Below, one piece after another: positions 23,026-33,403 of a DNA stretch of 64,000 bases; the stretch's first letter is position 1; each line of letters begins with the position of its first letter. The notes below the pieces were generated by a model. That model saw nothing but the letters and a program-made list of their open reading frames with translations, had not been told where the DNA came from and made no database searches. The translations under genes were made by a program, and so were the position numbers. This DNA comes from Fimbriosthenelais zetlandica (Eukaryota): contig OZ365112.1 in assembly GCA_977030845.1 (NCBI GenBank), positions 14,384,001 to 14,448,000 on the forward strand. The letters are read 5' to 3'.

Positions 23026-26000
23026 GTGAGCCTGGCAAGATGTAGAAGGCATTATGGTGATTCCATTAAAGAGAATTTCTGCAGTGATGAAGCCCACACT
23101 AAATTAAGCTCAAAATAAATATTATTGTAGATATTTCATTGGTCACAACTCTTTTGCCCAGCAAAATAATCTATTGCAATATTAAATCGTCAATATTGAT
23201 CGAAATGATAAATGTTTGGTATTAATTTAAAAAAGAACCCATCCGTAGTTAGGCTATATGTAGTTTCTTATACCATGTATACATATCCTTGTCAAAATGG
23301 TTATTAACCTATGAAAGTTTAACTTGTATTTATATTATTTCGCGAATGACTTTATTGGATGCTCACAGTATCAGATGCAAATCTCAAACTGGAAATCTTG
23401 GTATCAAACAGACAGTGTCTCTTCAGTGAAAATTGGTTCAGTTCATTGTTGCCCCAAGGGAGTCATACAATTTAAAATCAACCGGAATTGTCCGCCCAGG
23501 GGCTGCTCTCCCATGCATATTTTGCTTGTTTGCTTATCGGAATATTGTTAAACTTGGAAACCCCGGAATATTTCATCTCATGTCAGCATAGAAGGCCAGA
23601 ATGCAAAGTAGGTTAGCTTTGTTTACATACATGCTCTCTGGTTTACTTCCCAATTAAACGAATTCGGGGGAACGGGAAGATTCAGGCTTCTGTAAATGAC
23701 ATCCCTGGTATCGATATTGTGCCTAGATATGATGTATCTGTGATATTGTAGTGTCTTATCTCACCTGAAGGCTGTATGATATCAGCGTTCCTTTGTTCTC
23801 CTCCCACCCCAGCGTGGCGTCCCTATACCAACTTTCCACCACCCCACACAGTAGATCTAGGCCATGAAAGGGGGTCAGCAAATTCACCCCTTATCAATCC
23901 CATACCATCAGCCAACCAAGTGTTATTTTCACGCTTATTTATACCACCATGAAAAAGTGGGACTTAGAATGATTTCTTCATGACAGCTTCCACTTTTTCG
24001 TTAAGTGGAAAATCTCAACTTATTCCCATTTTAAAATCCGTTGTCTTGATTGATACCAGAGCTAGCGCGGGTAGATTCAAAATATAAGGTAACCGGGTGC
24101 GTTCGTACACTCAGTTTTGTTTACACGTCCCAATCGAACTCATTGAATCCTTCCCTACAATTGTCTAGTTTATGGGGGTCATTTCGATTAATCCAACCAC
24201 TGGTTTTGTACCCCGCCACATGGACTGAATACTCGATGAGGCACAGGCCCCCAGGATGTGGGAGGTGGGGTGAGGGAAAGGGGTGGAAAGATCCACCCCC
24301 TAAAGGCCATAACTCCCATTGTTACACCTTCGAAAGTCAGGTGCGGGTCCACTTGAAAGAGGCACACCTGGAAAAGTGGAGTTCACCCCTTTAGACACTT
24401 CCTCACTGCATGTAAATCACTTGTTTCAATTGAAACAGAAGCAAAACACGGGTCAATCCTTTATACAGCAGCATTGTGCGTAGCCTCCGGGGGTATATAA
24501 ATTTCTTTTTCCCCATCCTCAACTTCTCTCTCTGTCTGTCATAGTTAGTTCAGAACTTAGTGTGAGATCTCAGGGTAAAGGTGTTTTAATCAGTCATCTA
24601 ATGATAGGACTACTACTCTATATATAACACTACCTCAGACGTGATTGTCACATCTGATAGACATCTTGTGTTGCGCAATGAATGTCCTTTAGTCAATGTG
24701 AGTATGTTTTCAGACTTTACTCAAATATTGTATTTGGATAGGCTTATAATCTGTTAAGTAGGGGTCCAGATTGACTGATCAAGTAACAAGATGTGATTAT
24801 GATTTATGATTAAATTCTGATTTGGCTTAATATGAATATTCTGCTTATAACATGTATACTTTTAAAAAGCTATCGCTATTCCTAGTTTCAAAATATAAAT
24901 TTAGGAAACTGAAATCTAAATTATGTTCTAATAGATTAAAATTTGCCAGATTCTTTAATTTATTCTGTTCGATTTGCTAGATTCTCTAATAAACCATGCA
25001 TTGGACATTGGTCAATGTTTATGGCTTACATATCAGTTCCAGGAACGAAATTTTAGTCCTAAAACACATATCCCAGCCAATATCAGAAACATATAATTAG
25101 GAAAACCCCGAATCTAAATTTGTCTATCTTTCTGATGACCTGAAACTTTTTAGTAGGTCAGCATATTGCGTTTGGGCTAGTGTCATTGATTGGAGAGTCA
25201 TTCTCGGAGTTGGTCTCTTAAATAGATCATAATCACGAGAGTTCCGTGGGGGTTCACTTCCGGGGTCAAGAACTGCCAGATAGCGTCTCTACTGTTCCTT
25301 CTTTTGGCAAACCTCCCAAAATTCATTTAATCTCATCCTTTCAGTGTTTGTCTGAGAGAAGAGAGCGGGAAATAAGGCCTTCTCCCCCTCTTTCTCCCTC
25401 TGTCACTCACTTACTCGGGCCATCATAGATGCCTGCCCCAAGCAGGGCGATATTGTGTGCATTTACCCATTCTAGATATTGATATGGGGAGCGTTTAGGG
25501 GCACGTTATTGTATGGCTGGACGAGGGAGGCAGACAGGCCCTTTTACTGGGCCCTCTGCGTCCATTGGCAGCTTGATTCAAGACTGAGATACATAATCAT
25601 TCAGCCTCTTCGTCTGTTCTGAAAGGGCCTGGGAAAAGGCTACCTCTGTCTGCGACTCTGGGGCCTTCCTTCTCTGATAGAAGGCTTTCCCCCAGACAAG
25701 GCAGCGCATGGGGCCAAACATGTTTGCAATTAAGTGTAAAGGCGATTAGGAAAATTCTAATGCAATGCCGAATATTGGTCATCGCAAATTGGACACGGAA
25801 GAATGGGCTATTGATTCGTGGGAGTTTGGGTGTGGAGGGGAATTAGATTTGCTCTATGTCCCTGAGAGTGGATGAGCGGGAGAGGGGTGGATGGAGAGGT
25901 TTGACAAGGGATTGCGAGTTTGTAATCGGGACTAAAAGCTGGCTGTGGTGGAGAGGACATTTTCATTCTTCTGCAGTATTTCTGTCATGCCCCTGTCGTC

Positions 26001-26989
26001 CTGTGATATCCTTTCAGTAAATTTTTATGCACCACAGAATTGTCAATGGTCAGAAAAATATGTTGCCCTTTTCCTATAAAGATCTGAAGTTAAAATTTAT
26101 TGTATTCTTGACAAAGCTTCTTCTGGTTCTGCATGTACTTGAATAAAGAACATAGTATAATCCGATTACTTTCAACCATTAGAGCCGGTGGCTTCAGTGT
26201 TGCCATAGTACCAGATGCTTCGCGCATATGAAGCCATTGATGTGTAGCCAACTAAAGTCAAGGTGAATGTCGAAATAACTTGTTAAAATGAATTCTTTTT
26301 AAGTGGAATCAGATGGCCTGCATCGATTGAATGCTTTTGACGAGTTTGACTCTGTATCAAAAACTTTTGAATATGCAAAAAAAAGGATAAAGTGGGATGC
26401 TATACCCATAGGGAGTGTAGTTCAAAGTTTCCCTTCTCCATGCCTCGTTGACCTCGATGTTTGAAAATAACGCAAGCCAAACAATCGTGACAAAGATCTC
26501 ACAAATCCTATTATCTCATCTCACCTTAAGCAACGCAATGAGGGCCTTACCTAGAATATCTGCCTCACCAACACAATGATGGTCATTTAAGTGTAGATTG
26601 GTCATCGGAAATAGCCAAAGAATGACGTGGATTGTCCTGCACTATATTCTCAACCGTTGCCGCTTGTAAAACCTTATTGAATAGAGAGGGGGCTGGCCTG
26701 CGTCCCTAGTTTGGGGCAGGGTGGTTTGGGGAAACGCGACTGAGAAGGGCAATAAAAGTCTCTATGTAGGCTAATGGTCTCCACAGCTGGGGGAGTGGTG
26801 GACCTCTCAGTGCTATCTGAACCCCAGGAAAGATGAGATTTATTGCCCCGGTCATAAATAAAACTTGGTATCTTTCAACCACTTGTTGGAATGGTTTACA
26901 CTAGTTCCGCATTCCACTTGTATCACATTACAGATAGTAAGGTCTCCCCCTCATTTTATGAACTTCCATCCTTTTCTTTTTAATCTCAT

Positions 26990-27014
26990 TTGACCATAAT
27001 TTATTTTTTTCCAG
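26990..27014 (+). other. 3' splice acceptor 136 nt upstream of the Hox3 ATG (implies upstream non-coding leader exon(s))
   Basis: Long pyrimidine tract CTTTTCTTTTTAATCTCATTTGACCATAATTTATTTTTTTCCAG|G, with AG at 27013-27014. Confidence 0.65.
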
Positions 27015-27150
27015 GAATTCCAAGACCAAAGGGTGGGTCACACCGCCTACGACCCAGGGCCTGGAAGTCGGCGAGAAGACGCCAAATAAAAGATAAAAAG
27101 GTGTTCTTGAAAAAGAGATGCACTGAGGAAAAGGAGGAGGAAGAGCAGAA

Positions 27151-27694
27151 ATGTCAGGGCCTTGTCAGAACGAAATCAATATGGTCGGACGTGAAATGCA
27201 AATGTCCCAAAAATACTATGAACAACCACAGGGGTATGCTCCTGGGTTCTACCAACCGGCCAATGGATATGGGGGTTACGATTCAATGATGGGATATGGT
27301 GGAGGAGGAATAATGGATCATTATGGGTCAAGATCGTCATGTGTTATGCAAGGTAGCGGAGGTGGTGGGGGTGGGGAAGGGTCCCCTCATGCACCTCAAG
27401 GGATCCAAGGACACCCAGGAGTGATGATCAGCAATTGTGGCCCAATGGAGTACCCCACCTCTCATCAGTATCCCAACTCCTGCATGCAGGGTATGGACCT
27501 GCCTGGATGTAACAATATTTCTCCTGGAGGTACTCCCCTGGGAGGATTGCCCCCTAATCCTCAGAGCTTAAAATCCCATAATCCACCTGCTGAGATTTAT
27601 CCATGGATGAGAGAGAACAGGCAGAACGCCAAACAGAGGCAGCATACAGCTTCCCCTCACCCTCAACCATCACCTCAGATGACCACCACCAGTG
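27151..27694 (+). CDS. Hox3: Hox3 (paralogy group 3) transcription factor, first coding exon (181 codons + 1 nt, phase-1 donor)
   Basis: The ORF has an upstream in-frame stop (TGA 27124). MQMSQKYY...YQPANGYG resembles the PG3 N-terminal MQK..YY / Y..ANG motif, and the EIYPWMR hexapeptide is present. It ends at donor AGTG|GTGAGT (27694/27695). The Met at 27196 (MQMSQKYY) is an alternative start. Confidence 0.9.
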
Positions 27695-30600
27695 GTGAGT
27701 ATTTTTAATATTAAAGTATTTTATTCTTCAGTTTCTTCATAATATTATATGACTTCACCACATGCCCATTTATTATTATTCTAAATGATGATTTTTCTTA
27801 TGAAATTATCACAATTATTCTCCTCCCCTCAGAAATAAAACCCAGTAAATAGCTGGGATGCCACCATTATGAAAACATCACCTTGGACAAAAGCTCCATG
27901 GGCTAGCAATAAAAAATATAAAAGCCAAATCCTTCACATCTGTGTAAACCCCTCGGTACAAATCAAATCCCTTTTAATCCCGGGGCGACGAGAAAGAAAT
28001 AGGAGGACACTGTTAAAAACCCTCCCCCCACCGCTTTGCACTGACAAGGCAGGGTCCTATGAAATTGAAAATTGTCATGTACTATTAGGCTATGATAGAT
28101 CATTGTTGAATCGCCTGCGATGTGCAGGGCATGAAGAGGCTGTAAGAAGCAGCAGATCAGCATGTAGGAGGGATTAGATGGTAATAGATCATCTTTCCTT
28201 CCTACCATGACATGATTGTATTCTTTGTTAACCCTTCAGTCCCCAATCCTCCTTATTCTCATCCCTCTTCTTCCTCCTACTCTCTGGCCCCTCCCTTTGG
28301 TACCCGTAATCAATCGGGATATTTTTCCCTCTTCGGTTATTAATTTACAATATGACAGGGAGCATTCTGGGCCTTGTTGTCTTAATTACTTAGATTAGAG
28401 AAGTGTTTGATCTAATGAGTGTTTTTTAATTGGAAGGTTGAATAAGGATGGTGAAGCTATGGAATGACAACTATTGACCTTATATGACCCCATTAGGAAA
28501 CAGACAAAAAGATGCTATTCACCATTATAGAGATAGCACCTAAAATCAGTTTTCCAAATATGTCTACATCACTCAGCAATTCTTAAAATTATAGTTATCA
28601 TTCCTATAAATGTATTTGAATGTATACACAATTTAGTTAATTGTGGTTTGGCTTCAACATAGCTATGTGTTCAACATAGCTCTTAAGTAGAAATTACGCA
28701 AATGTGCACCTGGAATGCAGATATGCTTGTGGGACTAGATTGGCAACATGTCAATGAATGGAACCATATAATTTATCGTAAATGCATTGCCTTTAAGCAA
28801 AGGCTTTAATTCAGTCAGGGGGTAACAAGGCAATTAGACAATAAACCAAAGGTATACATGTCAAGATGCATGTAGCTTGATGGATGGATGCAGTCCTGAA
28901 GTCGAGAGACCCTCCTTTAATTAATACGACACCAAATGTCATCGTTAAGACTAAGTTATCTCAAACAATTAGGTAAGCACATGTTAATTGTCACAGGCAC
29001 CCGCCTATCAATGTGTCAGCCATGACGTTGGACATGTCGAAGCATACACACTTCCTCATAGTTACATACAATTTGTGGCTCAGTTTAAGCTCATTTTTCT
29101 TTACCCGATGATATCATCTCTTATTGGACCAGAAGACTCAAGGATATCAAGACTATTTAAACCTTGATAAATATCTGATGCACAGACATTCCCAAGAGAA
29201 CATAATCACTGTGCATGACACTCGTTTGAACTTGCACCTTGTTGCTTGGGGCAGTCTGGCTTGAGAGCTGAGCTAATTGCTGGTTTCTGCAGGTGGATTG
29301 TATATTAAGGGCATGTGGCTAGGTATGTGCTAAGGTGGCCCAAAAATTACATTTGCCCCAGTCTTATGATAAGTGTTACTTGCCTCAGAATATATTGCAA
29401 CAGTCCTAGGTATCGTTGGCTGTTATGGTCCACCGTACTTTGCCTGTCAAGGACGGCCTCTGATATACCTCAGTTATTCTAGTGTATAATAATAATATTT
29501 CAGCAGACATGTTAGCCCAGGTGAAGCAGAAGAGGGAGGGAGTTCATGCTGGTGTCACTCGGTACAGAATTAAGTGTATAATAGAGGCAAAACATTCACT
29601 TTACCCCCTGTCATCTTCAAACTGTTAATAAACAAAGCGTTCAGGATCAATGTCAGGAGAGGTATACCATATCATTAACACAAGTACAAGCACAGATATA
29701 TATTTCAAATATGGATATGACATCGAATAAACACATATATTTGTTCATTTTTGATGTATGATATACATTATTTCAATATGAATGGATGTCAATTATATCT
29801 ACATTGTGACTAATGACAATGTGTAGCTTGGCTTGACCCATATTCTTGTTAAACTATAATCCCTGTCACCATTAGAATCTAAAATATATGTTAAATATGT
29901 ATATGATGTCTATTCACTCATCTGTCAGAAATAGTATTTTAGAGCCCCATAGCCCTGAGACCTGTGAGGACATAGTCTCGTTACTGACTCATTTACAACA
30001 TCATGCTGTCACTTAGAGGGATGACCTTTGTCTGTGACGTAATCCACCCAGCACACTCTTTTGTGTGTTGGCTGGAGGTCATTGCTATTCCGCCCATTTT
30101 GTAACTGTAAGTGCTAGGATGCTTGGTTGACAACAACAAAATTCCACTGTCCTAAAAAATGTACATGTTGAAATCTGCAGCATCAGACGTGTGTATTTGC
30201 TCTAGGCCTAAATTTCACTTAAATTGTGTTTGACAAAATCGAGATTCATACTAGTTGTAAATATATTTAAAAAGAAGTGGGCTACTGTTAAAATCCACCA
30301 AACTGCCAGGGCAGCGCATCTGTCGCCTATTTTTAGAAATGAATGTGTTAGTTTGCCTTCTTTAGTAGTTTCGCTATCTGTCTGGTAGAATACAAAGGTC
30401 TGTAAAAGGCCTTCCAGTCCTGATAGAACTATTTCTGTCTTTCAAAGTAAGGAAACTTCATCAAAGATGAACACACATTTATTTAAAGCCTCAAATGTGA
30501 GAAGCCTTATCTAGAATGCACTCGTTTAAAAGCTACATGTCTTTGGGAGTGGATATTTAACGTCCAATCTCTATAATGGCTTTTGAGGGAGATCAAACAG

Positions 30601-32180
30601 GCTCTGACCTTGTGATCAAGGTCGTCTCACTGATGACCGGTAACTACGACCTTGCCGTCAGTGACCTTGCCAAGGTTACCTAAAGGTCAATGATGAGGGA
30701 AGTAGAAGGGAACTAGATGGTAGTTAGTGGCAGTGACTACAAAAGCTGCATGTTCTCTGATACAGGTGCGTTACCTCTAATCCCGATGATGCAGTTTGTG
30801 AACTACACTAGTGTCTAAACTTTGTAAGGGGAAGGCAAATGTGCGTCATATATTTGCATCAGTTGCGTAACATATACAAGTGATTTATATAAGATGTAAC
30901 ATATATAAGTACATGTATATAATTAATTCAAATATTCATCAAGATATAATAATGAAATATTTAAGACAAGGTTGATGCACGCCTCTAATTTCCTTTATCT
31001 TCAGGCAAAATTCGGTTTTCATGGGATAATGAAGAGAGAAATAATTCCACCCATTTTGTTGTAGAACTTGATTTTGGCACGGGCCGACCTTAAGAAGCTT
31101 TCATCTAGGCCGACCTGGGAGAAAATCATAATAAACGTTGTAATTAGGGCTAGCTTAATTAACTTCGTCTGAGGCGGTGACATCTTTGAGTTATGAGAAC
31201 GCCAAGGCGTTTTGGCAGATAGCTTGGAAGGATCTGTGAGTGAGGCAGGAGGTTCATACACTGAGAGTGCATTGGAAAGATGGCTGCTACACATGAAGAA
31301 TTATCACTAGACGATACAGAGAAATATTTAGGAACAATGTGAAGGAAATGAGCTTAGGGATGGGAGAAGATTGCACATTATGTTCATTATGTACACGTGT
31401 GTATACATCCTCCCTAACTCGGTTCCTTGAAGCAGAAAACTCCTGACACAATGCTACTTCATGTCAGTCTTTTTTCTATGCCTTTCCCTTGCCCCGCCTT
31501 TTGCGTCGGTCCACCTTTCCTTTTCATATATAGTCACCCAATGTTATATGATACAGTCACGTGGGTATCAAATCCGCCAATCAGATCGTAGGAAACGCTC
31601 ATCTGTCAGATCCCAAGACGGGCCAGATCGAGCATTCCTAATTACGCCTGCGACCACCAGGTGAAATCGGCACCGCTAATTTCATGGAAAACTTTCGTAT
31701 TGTTTTAATTAGTGTCATCTCTATGACAACAGAGAATCGATCTCTTTCAATAGAGGATTGACAAAACATCCATATTGGAGCAGACATCCAGTCATAACAT
31801 TGCCATGTGTGAGCAAGGACCCCATCTATACTAAGACCCCCATGATTTATCATTGTAAGATGCCTGGACTGTGACACCCATGGCCCTCCCCATTGTGTCC
31901 CTGTCTTGTTCTCTTTTCATCCCTCCTACCTCTCCTTTGATGGGAGAAGGAGGTAAGAAGCAGATTTAATGTAACTAATCCTGGCAAAAAGTGGCTGGAA
32001 TTATTTCTTCAAAGACATGCGTTTGATGTCTCCTTTCAAGTGATGTGGTTCCAAAGGTATCCTCCCTCTGGCCAAAGGGTTATTGTGCTCTACCTATCTA
32101 ACTTTGTCTGTCTAAAATGTTCCGTAACTCACTTTAATCTTAGTAATTTACAATAAATTTTTTGTATTTATATTTTTCAG
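27695..32180 (+). other. Hox3: Hox3 intron (4486 bp) between the hexapeptide exon and the homeobox exon
   Basis: GTGAGT donor and TATTTATATTTTTCAG acceptor. Phases match (G|AA = Glu), giving ...[20 protein letters not shown]. Confidence 0.9.
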
Positions 32181-33193
32181 AATGCTCAGGAAGCACTGAT
32201 GGACCTGCGAAGAGAGCCAGAACTGCCTACACTTCTGCTCAACTCGTGGAATTAGAAAAAGAGTTCCACTTCAACCGATATCTCTGTCGGCCTAGAAGAA
32301 TCGAAATGGCTGCCCTTCTCAGCCTCAGTGAAAGGCAGATAAAAATCTGGTTCCAGAACAGGAGAATGAAGTACAAGAAAGATCAGAAACATAAGGGCCT
32401 TACTCTAGGCTCTGACAAAGCTGGTGTCTTATTGGATAGTCCCTTGGGGGATAGCAGCAATAGTGGCCACAATTCCAACATTCAGCTAGGACAACCGATG
32501 CAACAACACCAGACATCACGTATGAATCTCAGTGGTGGAGATATTCAAAAGGTAGGACTCCCGAGTAAAAACCACCACGGCGGGGAAGATGTTGGCATGG
32601 GTGACCCAGACCTTCAATATTTGGGTACAGAGCACATTGCAGGAGGAGCCGCCACTCCCGGTCCCAATCATCAAATATCAGGAGCTCAACAACAGTTGTT
32701 GCTTGCAGCATCTCATCACCAGCAACAACATCATCTCCGCAACACATCACCGCGATCTGATCACTCACCTCCACCTCCATTACAGCACCCAAAGCAGCCA
32801 GCTCTCCACCCCGCCTCAGGTACCGCCCCACCTTGTTCAGGTGGCCCTGCCTTACAGAGCCCTCCATTAGGGCAAAGCCCTCCAGTACTAAGCCATCGGG
32901 GCTCTCCTATGGGTCAGCAATTCCAGTGTGGAGGTAGACAGAGTAGCAACGGAAGTCCAATGCCTCCTATGACGGCAGATAACCATTCTCCGCTAGGTGG
33001 CAACCTAGGTGGGCACTATGGGGGTGGACATGCGCAATACGGACCTCCACCAGGAATGTCCTCCTCCATGGTGGACAGGATGACCCTACCTCTGGTTATC
33101 CAACCCAATCCTCATGGTCCAAGCCCCAACTCCATGCCAATGGCTTATTCACATTCTCTCTACAATGTTGGGTCCAAAATGACTCCTTTGTAA
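32181..33193 (+). CDS. Hox3: Hox3 second coding exon: homeodomain plus long Q/H/P/G/S-rich C-terminus
   Basis: Encodes [61 protein letters not shown], the diagnostic PG3 homeodomain. The C-terminal KMTPL* resembles the PG3 terminal KLTHL*. Stop TAA is at 33191-33193. Confidence 0.95.
32207..32386 (+). other. Hox3: Homeobox (60-aa homeodomain) of Hox3
   Basis: R5 at 32219; helix 3 [10 protein letters not shown]; ELEKEF HOXL signature. Confidence 0.97.
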
Positions 33194-33199
33194 TCGATG

Positions 33200-33236
33200 T
33201 GATCGCCTTAGTATACATCCTGCCCTGATCGCCTTA
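33200..33236 (+). repeat. 11-bp direct repeat immediately after the Hox3 stop codon
   Basis: TGATCGCCTTA at 33200-33210 and 33226-33236. Confidence 0.8.
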
Positions 33237-33397
33237 ATTCTGGTTTATATCAAAAGGACACTCAGAGAAACTTATCGAGCACTAGATTGTGAAAATTTAC
33301 ACATGTAATTATCAGTTTTGTTTCTGTGTTGTTTACATGTCGTCATGTATTTTGCCTTGAAAGTATTTAAAATTTTTTTGTAAAATAGCCTTTAGTT

Positions 33398-33403
33398 ATT
33401 AAA
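33398..33403 (+). terminator. Candidate proximal poly(A) signal (ATTAAA) of Hox3
   Basis: Variant hexamer about 200 nt after the stop; a second ATTAAA is at 34555-34560. Motif only. Confidence 0.3.

Noticed and set aside
25132-25155. Hammerhead-like CTGATGA...GAAAC...GTA
   Set aside because: Stem II cannot form and the stem I arms are not complementary.
1-27000. miR-993 / miR-10 hairpin, expected in the wider Hox4-Hox3 region of some invertebrate clusters
   Set aside because: I found no TACCCTGTAG or GAAGCTCG..CTACAGGT arm on either strand by eye; it may lie upstream of the window.
26990-27289. Basic/acidic ORF overlapping the Hox3 start in another frame
   Set aside because: It starts at TTG inside the acceptor tract, and the candidate upstream exon (donor 23025) supplies no in-frame ATG; composition reflects the purine-rich leader.
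32529-32870. Alternative-frame and antisense ORFs within Hox3 exon 2
   Set aside because: Shadow ORFs of a GC-rich low-complexity coding exon.
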